The translations under genes and the position numbers were made by a program. This document shows positions 29,985 through 42,000 of a stretch of DNA of 64,000 bases, in pieces. The notes beneath the pieces were generated by a model, which saw only the letters and a list, made by a program, of their open reading frames with translations, was not told where the DNA came from and made no database searches. Position 1 is the stretch's first letter, and every line of letters begins with the position of its first letter. Source of the stretch: a virus (lineage: Duplodnaviria > Caudoviricetes); IMG/VR virus record IMGVR_UViG_3300023115_000018, positions 11,101 to 75,100 of that record; one strand, 5' to 3'.

Positions 29985-32900
29985 ATGTCTATTGCCAGTG
30001 GATATAGCATACAAAGAAATGACATTATCGATGTCCCTCACCGCAGTCAAGTTGAATCACACAACGCACTGAGTGGGTCTAATACTTATTTTTTAAGATC
30101 AAAAGTTGATATTTCTGATAAGGATTGGGAGTGGGACATCAGAATTGGAGAAACACGTTTTTACCTTAACAGACGTTTTGGTAATAACTCCTTGGTGTCT
30201 GGAGTAACTGCAACTGATGCAGAATTATATAGAGATAAAGTTTATGTGGAAGGTAGTACTTCTGCAGGACAAGGTTCAATTAAATATGATTCTGCATTAG
30301 GAGAGTTCGGCGCAATTATTTTTGCCGACAACGTTAGTCCTATTTCTGGAGAAGTAATTGAAATCAAGTATATCGAACATGTTACACATTTCACAGGAAA
30401 TGATGGTGGACTTTTATTCCAACTGGCACACGATTTAACAGTTCATCCATTTGAATTCCCAGAAGTATTTAATTTAAATTTAAGTAGAGATGTAACTTTT
30501 GATACTGATGCAGATGGTACTCCTGGCAATGAAATTACCAGTGATTTTACAACAAGTGAAATTCTTAATGAAATTGACGCAGGAACTGGAAATCTTACTG
30601 CGTATCAACAAGTATTACCAGTCCAGTATAATAGAGATTATTCCGAAGATGGTACGCCAGCAGACCAATTAGTTGCTGGTAAACTTTGGAAAGTTGTAAG
30701 AGAACATAAAGTAGTTACAGAATTAAACTTGGGTTCGGGTGGTTCAACGCCGTTTGCAAATATTGACCCTGCTGACTCGAGCACATGGCCATCAATTATT
30801 GGTGATTTCCCACTTACAATTTCTGATCTTGGCTCTGGTGAATTTAGAGTTTCTTTGAATGGAAGAGTTTTACCGTCTGAAGATTGGATTGCGACTTCTA
30901 ATAATGTTTCAAGGTCAACTCTATTTAAATTTAAAAGAACAGAGGTAATGCCTTGGGTCGCAGACCTAAGTCAATGCGTGTTTACTATATCTTACCATTG
31001 GGGCAAGACAATTGATGTTCCGTATGGTGCATTAGTGGGGCCTGGCGGACTTGGCCCACAGCAAGAGACACTATCTGGTGGTGCAAATGATTATTCATGG
31101 CCAAAAAACAATGCAGTTGATACTGATTACTGGGCATATTCAAAAGCAACAACATCAGATGGAGAACCAACAGGTACTGCAGTAAATGGTTTCATTGCAA
31201 TTTTCTACGATCAAACAAATAATACTCCAAATATTACATCTGCGATTACTGCGTCTGGACAGAAAGATGAATTGGCAAGTACAGAAGAAGGCACATCTTG
31301 GATGCTTACATTCCAAGAAAATGATAACTTCCAAAGACCATTCGATTTGATATATCCTACTCCAGTTAGTAACGATAAAGAAGATGTTAAAGATGCATTG
31401 AGAAGAATTACAAATGGATTCTTAGTCGAGTCCAATAAAGGTGTCGATTTATTATCAGACACAAACTTAAGTTTTGCATCAAGCCTTTCTCCTTCTGCAG
31501 TTAGAAAACCACAGAAGTGGAGAATGAGATTCGAGTGGAATGATGATGAAAAATACTTAAAAGTAAATGTTGCAACTGCTTATCAATTAAAAGATGATTT
31601 TACGATTTCACAACCACAAGGTCGTGACGGTATTAAAAATCCTGTCTATAGAGAGCCTGGTGAATTGTGCGATGTGTATACCTCTCCAACGATCGGTAGA
31701 GGTGCAATCTTACAAATGAGTAAGGCAAAATCACAGTGGTTTAGAAAAACTCAAGTTGAAGACTCAATCTCAACAACATATCCAATGTCTTATAGACTTA
31801 CAGTTACAAACCATGGTTTGGGACTTTTCTTATTTGACCATGCATCAGTAGATCAAGACGATGACTACGCATGGTTGGTAGTACAGAGACATGTTGACCA
31901 AACAACTGGACAACCAGAGTTTACAGAAAAATCTCCAGTGCATTGTGTATATTCACCATGCAAACGTCCTGTAGATGTTTCAAGTCTAACACCATACTTT
32001 GCATCACAAGATTTGGATGATTTGAGTAAACCTGGCCCAATTCAAAACTCACTTGGACAAGTTTTCAGATCAGAAGCACCAACTATCTATGTTAACAGAG
32101 ATGGTGGACTATTCAATGGCATTGTCAATGCTATTGACTTTACTGCACTTGGATACGCAACTGGTGGTAATACACAAAACTCACTTGGTCAATTATATCA
32201 CACTGATGTAAGAGTAGATTTAACTAGAGGTTTTTCTAGTAATGCGATGGCAGAAAATCAAAATCTTTGGGGACAAACACTATACAGACTGCAAGTGGAT
32301 GTTACAAACTCGCCTGGCGCAATCGCAGGGGAAACTTTGACGCCTGGTAAATATATTTTGGAATCTGATGCACAAACAGGTGGTGGACGTATTGTTTCAT
32401 TTAACAAAACAAACGGAGAACTACTTGTTAGTGGTTGGTCTGCTGCAAATATTGTTGGAACAACACAGACATATGCGGCCGGCCCTCCAATTGTCCCTGC
32501 ACAGGGAACTATTGAAGAAGGAACATCTAGTTCTGGTGATGTTATGGTAGACTTTACAGCAAATCCATCAGGGACACCACAGTGGATTATTGTACCAACC
32601 GATGGACTTTCTGGTTCAACATGGGCAGAACAGATACTTGACCCAGTATTTGACCTTCAAATTCAAGGTTTTAACTCATTACCAAGAAGAAAAGATGTGG
32701 CACTTACTGCTGGGGCATCTGTTTCTCCCGCCGCACTTGAACAAGTTACATCGGGAACTCCAACAACTGCAACTACAGTATTAGAACATTATGACAGAAG
32801 TGGTTCTTTGTTAACTGCAACTACTCCTATTTCAGCTAATTATGTTCTTGGAAACACTGCAGGAATTTCATTCTCCGAAAATATTGCGTTTCCACAAAAC

Positions 32901-34199
32901 ATTATTGAAAGAATGTCTACATTTAGAGATGCATCTCAAAGTGGAACAGGTGTTCCTGCTGCAACAGAATCTGTTGGTTTGGTTGATTATAAAGAAGCGG
33001 ATTCTGCATTACTTGATATTCTATTTGGCTCTCCTGTCGGGAATATGGAAAAAGTTTTTGAATCTTTGGTTGTTGCATTGGATGATGTTGAGGTAATTAG
33101 AGATAGTAATGCATATATTTTAACTTATGAAGATTGGGTTAACAATGGAGATCCAAGTACAGTTCAAAGATTTATTGAATCTCTAGACGCTGCAGGGGTT
33201 GACACGCTTGGTGCAGACTTTAAATTCCCATCTGTAGATGGTAACTCTGTTGAGTGGAATAATAGTCAGGTTTCGCTTACAACTCCATATACAATTGATT
33301 CGGGAACTTCAAATAGTTCAACTGGAAGAAACTTTTTCTCGCAACATGCAGCAAATCCATCATCGCCAACTTTTAGTTTGACTAATACACAAGCAGTTAC
33401 GACAACTGGTAATTATCTATTGCAAAATAAGTTGCCAGGTGATCCTGTATTCTCCTCACCAAATACTTTGAGAAATGAATATATGTACGATTTCTTCAAT
33501 CATACATTTTATTTCAAAGTTGCTCCAAGGGCGGGTTCGGAATTGACAATTTCTATTATTAACTATGTTACTTCAAATCCTGCTCAGGGTGCATACATCA
33601 TAACTATTCCAGAGGATAGAGATTTCCCAGAAAGAAACATGAATGAAGTAAAAACAATCAATAGATTTGTTGTTAGAGAACAAGATGTATTAAAACCATG
33701 GGATTTCCACGTTTCTGCAACAATGCACGAAATTGATTCTCATGCTGTTATCAATCCGATGGAACAACTTTCTATCACACAAGATAGAAATTTTGTTTTC
33801 TCGTTCCCAACTCAGATAACAACTCAAAGATTCTATTATCCACAAAGTGAACTTGATATTATTTGTATTTCTTCTGCAGATTTCTCAACTCAGTCAGGAC
33901 ATGTAGAAATAAACAAATATGATGATTCGGATGGAGTAAACGAAGAATTTAGAGGTGGTTCTTTTGTTCCTGCCTCAATTTCTTTAACTTCTCCTAATGA
34001 AGTTACAAGATATGCAGGACATGAAGGCCCCGATGGGGTTAAGTATATTTGGAGAAAAAATGCCAGAAAGTATGAAGGAATGTCTGCAACATTACCGAAT
34101 GGAAATGGTATGAGAGTGTTTATGCAAGTTACTGGTTCTAGTATTAGATACAGTGATGTAACGCCTGGAACAGCGCCTGGGTCGACACTAGGAAGTTAA
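29985..34199 (+). CDS. Virion structural protein, paralog family member 2 (1404 aa)
   Basis: Same core motifs (SIQRND, QKWRMRF, GRDGIK...REPGEL, YPMSYRLT, DQDDDYAW, RFVVREQDVLKPWD, GNGMR) with three large inserts. Confidence 0.75.
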   Translation: MSIASGYSIQRNDIIDVPHRSQVESHNALSGSNTYFLRSKVDISDKDWEWDIRIGETRFYLNRRFGNNSLVSGVTATDAELYRDKVYVEGSTSAGQGSIKYDSALGEFGAIIFADNVSPISGEVIEIKYIEHVTHFTGNDGGLLFQLAHDLTVHPFEFPEVFNLNLSRDVTFDTDADGTPGNEITSDFTTSEILNEIDAGTGNLTAYQQVLPVQYNRDYSEDGTPADQLVAGKLWKVVREHKVVTELNLGSGGSTPFANIDPADSSTWPSIIGDFPLTISDLGSGEFRVSLNGRVLPSEDWIATSNNVSRSTLFKFKRTEVMPWVADLSQCVFTISYHWGKTIDVPYGALVGPGGLGPQQETLSGGANDYSWPKNNAVDTDYWAYSKATTSDGEPTGTAVNGFIAIFYDQTNNTPNITSAITASGQKDELASTEEGTSWMLTFQENDNFQRPFDLIYPTPVSNDKEDVKDALRRITNGFLVESNKGVDLLSDTNLSFASSLSPSAVRKPQKWRMRFEWNDDEKYLKVNVATAYQLKDDFTISQPQGRDGIKNPVYREPGELCDVYTSPTIGRGAILQMSKAKSQWFRKTQVEDSISTTYPMSYRLTVTNHGLGLFLFDHASVDQDDDYAWLVVQRHVDQTTGQPEFTEKSPVHCVYSPCKRPVDVSSLTPYFASQDLDDLSKPGPIQNSLGQVFRSEAPTIYVNRDGGLFNGIVNAIDFTALGYATGGNTQNSLGQLYHTDVRVDLTRGFSSNAMAENQNLWGQTLYRLQVDVTNSPGAIAGETLTPGKYILESDAQTGGGRIVSFNKTNGELLVSGWSAANIVGTTQTYAAGPPIVPAQGTIEEGTSSSGDVMVDFTANPSGTPQWIIVPTDGLSGSTWAEQILDPVFDLQIQGFNSLPRRKDVALTAGASVSPAALEQVTSGTPTTATTVLEHYDRSGSLLTATTPISANYVLGNTAGISFSENIAFPQNIIERMSTFRDASQSGTGVPAATESVGLVDYKEADSALLDILFGSPVGNMEKVFESLVVALDDVEVIRDSNAYILTYEDWVNNGDPSTVQRFIESLDAAGVDTLGADFKFPSVDGNSVEWNNSQVSLTTPYTIDSGTSNSSTGRNFFSQHAANPSSPTFSLTNTQAVTTTGNYLLQNKLPGDPVFSSPNTLRNEYMYDFFNHTFYFKVAPRAGSELTISIINYVTSNPAQGAYIITIPEDRDFPERNMNEVKTINRFVVREQDVLKPWDFHVSATMHEIDSHAVINPMEQLSITQDRNFVFSFPTQITTQRFYYPQSELDIICISSADFSTQSGHVEINKYDDSDGVNEEFRGGSFVPASISLTSPNEVTRYAGHEGPDGVKYIWRKNARKYEGMSATLPNGNGMRVFMQVTGSSIRYSDVTPGTAPGSTLGS

Positions 34200-34228
34200 A
34201 ATAAAATAAAATAATTACATAAACTGGG

Positions 34229-34262
34229 TATAAATACTTGAAACACTTTAAAGTTATAAATA
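34229..34262 (+). promoter_or_regulatory. Two tandem T4-type late promoters (TATAAATA at 34229-34236 and 34255-34262)
   Basis: Two exact consensus matches in one intergenic gap, upstream of the AGGAG RBS and ATG 34294. Confidence 0.8.
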
Positions 34263-34293
34263 TAAGAAAAAACATTCAAAGGAGAATTATTAG

Positions 34294-37200
34294 ATGACTA
34301 CTGCATTATCGACAGAGTTCCTTTCTGGTGGATTTTCTATTCAAAGAAACGAAATGGTATCTATGCAACAGCAGAAATACGCACAGAAGTTCGAATTTTT
34401 GAATAGTTTCAATCAGACATATACAAGGCTTTCAAAACCGGCCCAACACGAATTTGACAGAATCGCACCATATGCACTCTCTTCACAGAGAAGAGTATTT
34501 GTTGGTGGTACTGTTACAACTGTTACACGCCCATTAAAACAAACATATAGAAACGGAAATCTTCCTTCTGTTCTTGGTTCAATTCAATTAGATGCAAATG
34601 GTGCAATTCAATCTATCAACGTTCTTGATGGTGGTTTTGGTTATGCACCAAATACAACTTTTAATGTAAATATTAGAGGTGGTGAACCAACAAGTGGAAC
34701 ATTAACTCCTGCAGTTGTAACTGCAACTTCTGATAATTCTGGAAGAATTGTTTCAGTTGATATTATTTCTTCTGGTAACAATTATGATGCAGCCGCTTCT
34801 CAATCCTTAAGTGCAAAAATTGATGAAAGTCCAGATGAAGGACAATTCTACGTTTCGTTCTTTGAAGGTATCGGCGCACTTACTTCTGTAAACATTACCA
34901 GTGGGCAAACAGGACATAGACCAGGCGTCTATTATGTTGCCACAACAACTACAGATTCTGTTGCTGGTACTGGTGCAAAGTTCCAAGTATATGTTGACGC
35001 TGGTGGTACAGTAACAAAAGTTGTTCCTTTGGAGTTTGGTGAAACTTATTCAAATGGTGATACTATTACTATTCCAAATGCAGAACTTGGAAACGATGGT
35101 GGAAGTGATTTGGTAATCACTGTAGAAGCAGTGACAACATCAACCCAACTTGCATTTGATTATGGGACAGTAACATGGAGAAGTGAGTCTTTCCAAGTTG
35201 GTGATACAGTTCTTTTAGAATACTTCATCGATACTGACAAAGATCCTTCTGCAAGTGACGGTTTCTTAAGAACTCTTGCAAAAGATTTATGTTTGCACCC
35301 ATATGGTAACTACTATAGTTCTGCGTTTTCTAGTGTTCCTCAAAGATCTGCATCCCTTGTAATTAAGGGCGGTGCGGTTGATGGTGCAATAGTTGAACTT
35401 TATGACGATGCTGGAATAAAGTTTGGTGTTACTGACCAAGACGGGTTTACCGCTGCGGATGATGGAAAAAGAATTATCGAAGTAAACGGTTCTGGTACTG
35501 CAATTCTTAGAGTTACAGGTGATGGACATACATTAAATCCATATGTTACAACTCTTGAAATGACAAGTACAAACAATGAAGAAAGTAATCCATTTTCATA
35601 TGAAGATGCAACAGACGGTGAACCAATTACTGGTATGGTTGCAGGGGATAAAGCGTATGCGACTGGAAAGTGGAGACTCGCAATTCCTGTATCCGATTTC
35701 GAAGCACAACCATACAATATTATATATCCTTTTGTAGACTCTGATAGTAATACAGCAATTCCTGTTGGAAATAACGGACAACAGAACCACAGAAATGTGA
35801 TGTCATCGATTAAAAGAATTGGTGATATGTTTGTTGTTGAATCGGAAAAAGGTACAGACTTACTTTCATCCAAGAAAGAAATTAATAGTGCTACAGATGC
35901 GATTCCAACTTCAGTTTCATTGACTCAGCCAGTTAAAGATGCTCGTAAACCACAGAAGTGGAGAATGCGTTTCTTCTATGACACTAGAGATGAGTATCTT
36001 TATGTAAATGTTGCTACTGCATTGCAAATTAAAGATAACGGAGACCTTTCAAAAGGACAAGGTCGTGACGGTATCAAACAGGCAGTTTACAGACAGCCTG
36101 GAGAACTTAGTGAAATTTACTATAACTTCTCAAACGATAGTAACAAGGCGAAATCTGGATTCTTCCGTAGACAAGGTAAAACTACAGATGATACAGAACC
36201 AACATATCCAATCGCATTCCGTCTGACTTGTACAGACCACGGTACTGGACTTTTCGTATTCGACCAAGCCTCTGTTGACCAAGATGACGATTATGCGTGG
36301 TTTGTTGTTCAAAGACACGTTAATAACATTTCTGGTAAAATTGAATTCGAAGATGGTAAGTCTCCAGTTCACTGCTTGTATTCTCCATCTTCTAGACCAG
36401 AAGAAACATCAGATTTTAATATCGGTTTCTTTGCAGAGGTTAGTGAAGAGTTGGATACAACTACTGGTGCAACAACAGTCACATCTAAGTCATTGGATGA
36501 ATTGGAAATCTTTGATGTAAACGGTAGAAAACTGAAGCCGGGACTTCCAGTGAATGTAACAATTCCTACTGACTCAAGACCTGTTGCATTGATCCCAGAA
36601 GCATACGGTAGAGGACTTTCATATCTGAACACTTCTTCTACTGCAAACGTTCCACTTGCCGATCATGGTGCGTTAGGAACAGATTCCGCAACTGGATTTA
36701 CAGTTGTTAACGACTACTATAAATTCCCAGAGATTAATGCCGCAAACTTCCAAGCGGGCCCTACCGACCGTGGATTGGGTACTGCAGAACTTGCAGTTGT
36801 CCTAAGTAATATTACTTCCACAGACAGAGATGCATTTGCATTAAACTTTGGTTCTGCATATGGTAGTTCGTTCGTTCCAGTAGGTGACTATATTACTGGT
36901 TTTGAAAATGGTACTGGTGCAGGTTCAAGATATGATGTCGCAGATACTAATGGTGCTCCGTCTTCTTGGACATTAATTAATGATGCAACTGGTGAAGGTT
37001 TGAAAAACTATTCCGTTGCAAGAACACAAATGCAAGGCCCTGCTCAGTTAGGTTTGCGTACATACAGAGTTCGTCACAGAAGTTCTGATGGTGTTGACAC
37101 CTTCTTGGACTACAATGATGACTTCCAGTTTGTAAGTAAAACTGAAGTTGCGCCTGCGACTGATGCAAACGGACAGGCAAGAGAACTTCCAATCAGTTCA

Positions 37201-39003
37201 ACGGTTGCAATCTTTACGCCAACATCTGTTGCTGCAAAACAACTTGTTGCAAAGAGAAGACGCAGGGTTCTTTTCATCGACAACCTAGATATTGGTGCAA
37301 CAACTGGTACTGGTTCGAATCCTCTTCTTGGAACTGCAGGACAGTTTGCTGGTGCAGTGGGTGGTATTTCAGACTTAACACTAGTTCCTGTTAGTGGTTC
37401 TTCATTTGGTGGAAACGCAGTTGGACACAAACTTGCACTTGATGCTGCAGGTACTGCAATCCAAACTGGTGCAACTGGTGGTATTGGACAAGACTTTATT
37501 GTACTAGATGGAACTGGTTCTACTGGTGATGTAAAGGTTGGAGATGAACTTACAACCGCAACTGCACAAACTGCAGGATTTGGATTTAGAGTTCTTTCTG
37601 TCATTGATACTATGCCAGAAGATGACCAATTCATCTACGAGTATGCATGGGAAGGTGCTGGATTTAATAACGAGTATACCAACTTCTTTGGTAGATACGG
37701 TACTGCATCTAACCCACTCTTTGAAGTTAACAGACTTAAAGTATTTGTTGATGGACAAGAGGCAGATGCTGCGGTTCAAGGACAAAATTATCAATTCGAT
37801 GCGAATGGTAATATTGAATTTGGTACGACTGGTGGTTCTACAGAATACTTTGGTGTTCAAAAACCAATGTATGCATATTCATTGACAACAGATAAAGTTA
37901 AGTTTAATGAACCTCTAGAGTTTGCCACAGTTGTTAAGATTTCATATGAAAACTATAATGACGTAGAAGAAAGAGATACTGGTAGATCAACTTACTTGAT
38001 TAGACTTCCAGAAGACAGAGATATTCCTGCAATCTGGAACGATATTCACAAAGTTGCAAAAGGTATCTACAGATTTATTGTTCGTGAAAACGATGTGTTC
38101 AAACCATGGGATTATCATGTATCCGCTGTTACACCACAGGTTGACAGTCCTGCATGTATTAACCCTGTTGAACAGTTATCGATTACACAGGATAAAACTG
38201 TTATCTTTAACTTCCCAACACCACTTGCATCACAAAGATTTATCTATAGTGACGCAGAAGCAGACTTGATCTGTATTGCTGGTGCGGATAGTTCTACTCA
38301 GGGTGGTATCATTAAGACATCTGCAACTAAGTATGACCTTGACGGACAACATGTTAGTACATTAAGTCCACAGGGTGGTACTACATCTACATCTTCTAAT
38401 GCTGACCCACTCAACTTCAGAAGAGAGTATTTCTGGCACAATGTGAAACAATCAGATGGAACAACTGATGCATTTGACACAACAGAAAACTCAACACACA
38501 GAACTTATGTGGGTATGATGTCTACTAAACCATTTGGTAACGGTATGAGAATCTTCCTCTTGACAAGAGGTGGTCCAATCAGACCATCATATAGTGACTA
38601 CACACCAAGAGATGTAAGAGGAATTTCGGATAACTTCCCAACAGGTGCCACTAATGGTGCTATTGAAACTCTTGGAGGAGTAGACTATACATTCGATGAT
38701 GGTGATCGCTCAGGTGATTTGGTAACTACGGATGATGTCACAATCAATGTTGGTACAACTACAATCACTGGTGTTGCTGTTGATAGTATCTCTGCTGATA
38801 TTTTAGTAGGTGCTACTGCAACGGCGACTTTGGTAGATACTTCTACAGTTACTCTTACAGTGACTGAAGTTTCTTCTACTGCTGGTTCTATTACTGTCAG
38901 AAGTAGTGGTTCTTCCGCAGGAACACTCGCTGCAGGATCGCTCACATTCACTAAGAATGTTGGTTCCTCTTGGAATGGGAATTATGTAAACTTTGGTGCA
39001 TAA
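34294..39003 (+). CDS. Virion structural protein, paralog family member 3 (1569 aa)
   Basis: Same core motifs (SIQRNE, QKWRMRF, GRDGIK...RQPGEL, DQDDDYAW, RFIVRENDVFKPWD, GNGMR), with large inserts and a C-terminal extension. Confidence 0.75.
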   Translation: MTTALSTEFLSGGFSIQRNEMVSMQQQKYAQKFEFLNSFNQTYTRLSKPAQHEFDRIAPYALSSQRRVFVGGTVTTVTRPLKQTYRNGNLPSVLGSIQLDANGAIQSINVLDGGFGYAPNTTFNVNIRGGEPTSGTLTPAVVTATSDNSGRIVSVDIISSGNNYDAAASQSLSAKIDESPDEGQFYVSFFEGIGALTSVNITSGQTGHRPGVYYVATTTTDSVAGTGAKFQVYVDAGGTVTKVVPLEFGETYSNGDTITIPNAELGNDGGSDLVITVEAVTTSTQLAFDYGTVTWRSESFQVGDTVLLEYFIDTDKDPSASDGFLRTLAKDLCLHPYGNYYSSAFSSVPQRSASLVIKGGAVDGAIVELYDDAGIKFGVTDQDGFTAADDGKRIIEVNGSGTAILRVTGDGHTLNPYVTTLEMTSTNNEESNPFSYEDATDGEPITGMVAGDKAYATGKWRLAIPVSDFEAQPYNIIYPFVDSDSNTAIPVGNNGQQNHRNVMSSIKRIGDMFVVESEKGTDLLSSKKEINSATDAIPTSVSLTQPVKDARKPQKWRMRFFYDTRDEYLYVNVATALQIKDNGDLSKGQGRDGIKQAVYRQPGELSEIYYNFSNDSNKAKSGFFRRQGKTTDDTEPTYPIAFRLTCTDHGTGLFVFDQASVDQDDDYAWFVVQRHVNNISGKIEFEDGKSPVHCLYSPSSRPEETSDFNIGFFAEVSEELDTTTGATTVTSKSLDELEIFDVNGRKLKPGLPVNVTIPTDSRPVALIPEAYGRGLSYLNTSSTANVPLADHGALGTDSATGFTVVNDYYKFPEINAANFQAGPTDRGLGTAELAVVLSNITSTDRDAFALNFGSAYGSSFVPVGDYITGFENGTGAGSRYDVADTNGAPSSWTLINDATGEGLKNYSVARTQMQGPAQLGLRTYRVRHRSSDGVDTFLDYNDDFQFVSKTEVAPATDANGQARELPISSTVAIFTPTSVAAKQLVAKRRRRVLFIDNLDIGATTGTGSNPLLGTAGQFAGAVGGISDLTLVPVSGSSFGGNAVGHKLALDAAGTAIQTGATGGIGQDFIVLDGTGSTGDVKVGDELTTATAQTAGFGFRVLSVIDTMPEDDQFIYEYAWEGAGFNNEYTNFFGRYGTASNPLFEVNRLKVFVDGQEADAAVQGQNYQFDANGNIEFGTTGGSTEYFGVQKPMYAYSLTTDKVKFNEPLEFATVVKISYENYNDVEERDTGRSTYLIRLPEDRDIPAIWNDIHKVAKGIYRFIVRENDVFKPWDYHVSAVTPQVDSPACINPVEQLSITQDKTVIFNFPTPLASQRFIYSDAEADLICIAGADSSTQGGIIKTSATKYDLDGQHVSTLSPQGGTTSTSSNADPLNFRREYFWHNVKQSDGTTDAFDTTENSTHRTYVGMMSTKPFGNGMRIFLLTRGGPIRPSYSDYTPRDVRGISDNFPTGATNGAIETLGGVDYTFDDGDRSGDLVTTDDVTINVGTTTITGVAVDSISADILVGATATATLVDTSTVTLTVTEVSSTAGSITVRSSGSSAGTLAAGSLTFTKNVGSSWNGNYVNFGA

Positions 39004-39026
39004 TTTATAAACATTGATAAAATTAT

Positions 39027-39034
39027 CATAAATA
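39027..39034 (+). promoter_or_regulatory. Late promoter variant CATAAATA
   Basis: One mismatch to consensus; directly abuts the terminator hairpin, about 43 nt upstream of ATG 39078. Confidence 0.5.
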
Positions 39035-39035
39035 T

Positions 39036-39064
39036 AGGGGAGACATAAAGTCTCCCCTTTTTTT
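39036..39064 (+). terminator. Rho-independent terminator
   Basis: AGGGGAGAC-ATAAA-GTCTCCCCT perfect 9-bp stem followed by a T tract, just after the stop of ORF 34294-39003. Confidence 0.88.
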
Positions 39065-39077
39065 ATACCAAAGAAAA

Positions 39078-42000
39078 ATGTCAGTAGAAAATATATTTTT
39101 ATTTAACGATGTAGTAAAAGTCAAAGTTGGAATTGATTCTCCAGTTGGAATTGATGCCCCATCTGATGGCCAAGTTGTTGAGCAAAATGGACTTACATAT
39201 ACTTACGATGCGGCGGCCGCCTCTTGGGATATTACCGTATTATCAAATATAGTATTTGTTTCTGGTCTTGCATCTTCCATAACACTATCATTTTCTGTTG
39301 GAGATATTCTTGTTAATGGAGCTAGTCAAGGCACAAGCGCAACAATATCTAATAATGATGTAGTACAACTATCATTAGAAAACCCAACTCTAAATCAATC
39401 CAATACATATAGTGTTGTTGCAGATGGCACAACAATAGATTATATTGTCGAATTAAATGATCCAGAGGTTGCGAATTTTGATGCAGATAGATCAACCTCC
39501 TCAACTAATGATGACCTTGAAAAGATTGATACGACATCTCCTACATCAACTGATTCTGATGTAACTATATTTCAAAGTATTATAAACCAATTAAATGCTG
39601 GTGATGTAGATTTTGAAAGTGTAAAAGAAGAACTATCTACACTTATTCAAGAAAATTTTTCAGAAGTGTATCAAGAGGCCCTTGGCGATTTAGAGGTTCT
39701 ACTTGCCCAAGAATTCGAAGAATTTAGAGATACAATTTTAACTTCTGAAACTGAGATTGTAGAAACAACAGTCCAAGAGAGTGCGGAGATTACAGAGGTT
39801 ATTACCGCAAAGGATGCGGAGATTGATAGTGTTTTAGAAACACAAGAATCTCAAGATTATACGCAAGAATTGGTTCAAGAAACTTTAGAGACTTCTGAAC
39901 AAGAAACCTTTGTAGAAGATGAGGTTTTAGAAACTTCTGAACAAGAAACCTTTGTAGAAGATGAGGTTTTAGAAACTTCTGAACAAGAATTACTAGCAGT
40001 CACTGATTCTCCAGAAATATCAGATCAAGAATTGTTGGCGGTTACTGATTCTCCAGAAACTTCTGAACAAGAAACCTTTGTAGAAGATGAGGTTTTAGAA
40101 ACTTCTGAACAAGAATTACTAGCAGTCACTGATTCTCCAGAAACATCGACACCAGATACATTTACAGAAGATGAATCAATTGAAGTATCAGATCAAGAAT
40201 TACTAGCAGTCACTGATTCTCCAGAAACATCGACACCAGATACATTTACGGAAGATGAAGTTTTAGAAACTTCTGAACAAGAATTACTAGCAGTCACTGA
40301 TTCTCCAGAAACATCGACACCAGATACATTTACGGAAGATGAAGTTTCTGAAACTTCTGAACAAGAATTACTAGCAGTCACTGATTCTCCAGAAACATCG
40401 ACACCAGATACATTTACGGAAGACGATGTAGTTGAAACATCGACACCAGATATATTTGCAGAAGATGAAGTAGTTGAAGCATCTACACCAGATACATTTA
40501 CAGAAGATGAAGTAATTGAAGTATCAGATCAAGAATTATTATCAGTTACTGATTCACCAGAAACATCTACACCAGATACATTTTCTGAAACTATTCAGTT
40601 GGCTCTTTTAGATCAGGTTAAAGCAGAATTAATAGACAATGAAGAATTAAAACTATCAGACCTCTTTTCTGATTTAGAAAATATTTTAACAAATCAATTA
40701 GAATCTTTTGCCGAAGAAATAACCCCAGATTTTCTACTTCAAGTATTATCGGAATTGAGTGATTCTGAAGAATTAAAAACTGCAGATATTCAAAACTTAG
40801 AAGATATTCAGAGCCTTTTAAATCCAGATATTTTATTAGATTTGGAAAATGTTCAATTAGAAGATATAACCACTGAATTAGTCAGAGAAAGTCTTTCTAC
40901 GGTATTTCAAGAATTCCTAGAAGAAACTTTAAATGAAACATTCATTTTACCAGAAACGGATGAAACTACTGAAACTTTATCAACATTAGATCAGGTAAAA
41001 GAAGAAACCGTTGATGTAATAGAAACTACTGCGTTTGATAGTTCAGAAGAACAAGATGTGGTAGAGGAAGTTGCCGCAGAAGTTGATACTACAGTAGAAA
41101 CAACTGAAGGTGTTGAACAAGAAAGAACAGAAGAGTCTCCAGAAGAACAACAACTGGAAGAAAAGTTGGATGCTGCCAGTGAAACTGTAGATTCTCAGGA
41201 TACCACTTCAGACGAACAAATTCCTGTTGGAAGTGATGGAGAAGTTGTTGAAGAAGATAGTGGAGATTCTACAACTTCTGATGCAACTGTAGACGATGAA
41301 GTTTCAGAAACTTCAACCGATGATTCTGTTGTAGATGATGACACAGATGTTACGGAGTCTCCAGATACAACTGTAGATGATGAAGTTGTAGAAACTTCAA
41401 CTGATGATACAACTGTAGATGATGATACAGACATTTCTTCTTCTCCAGATGCAGCTGTAGATGATGATACGGACGCCACGGAGTCGCCAGATGCAACTGT
41501 AGATGATGATACGGACGCCACGGAGTCGCCAGATGCAACTGTAGATGATGATACAGACACTTCTCCTTCTCCAGATACAACTGTAGATGACGATACGGAT
41601 GTTACACCTTCACCATCTTTAGATGAGGAAGACGAGGCTTCAGAAACTGTGTCTGATGGAAATGTAGTTTCTGATTCTGAACTTGAAGGTGGAACCGACA
41701 CTGAAATTCCAGAAGATGCAACAGAAGATAGTACAACTCCTAGTGAAGTACCAGAAGAAGATCCAAGCACGACAGAAACACCAGATTCTGAGGTCGAGGA
41801 TGAAGTACAACCAGTTTCAGACGATGCAAGTGATGTTACGGATGAACAGACAGTAACTGAAACAGAAACAGATACACCAGTTGATGAATCTGGAGATACC
41901 GAATCCGATTCTGATACATCAGTAGATCAACAAATAGAATCTGGTACAGATACTGATACACCAGTTGATGAATCTGGAGATACCGAATCCGATTCTGATA

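Noticed and set aside
39870-40590. 42-bp repeats as a possible CRISPR array
   Set aside because: The units are contiguous in-frame coding repeats with no unique spacers, no leader and no cas genes.
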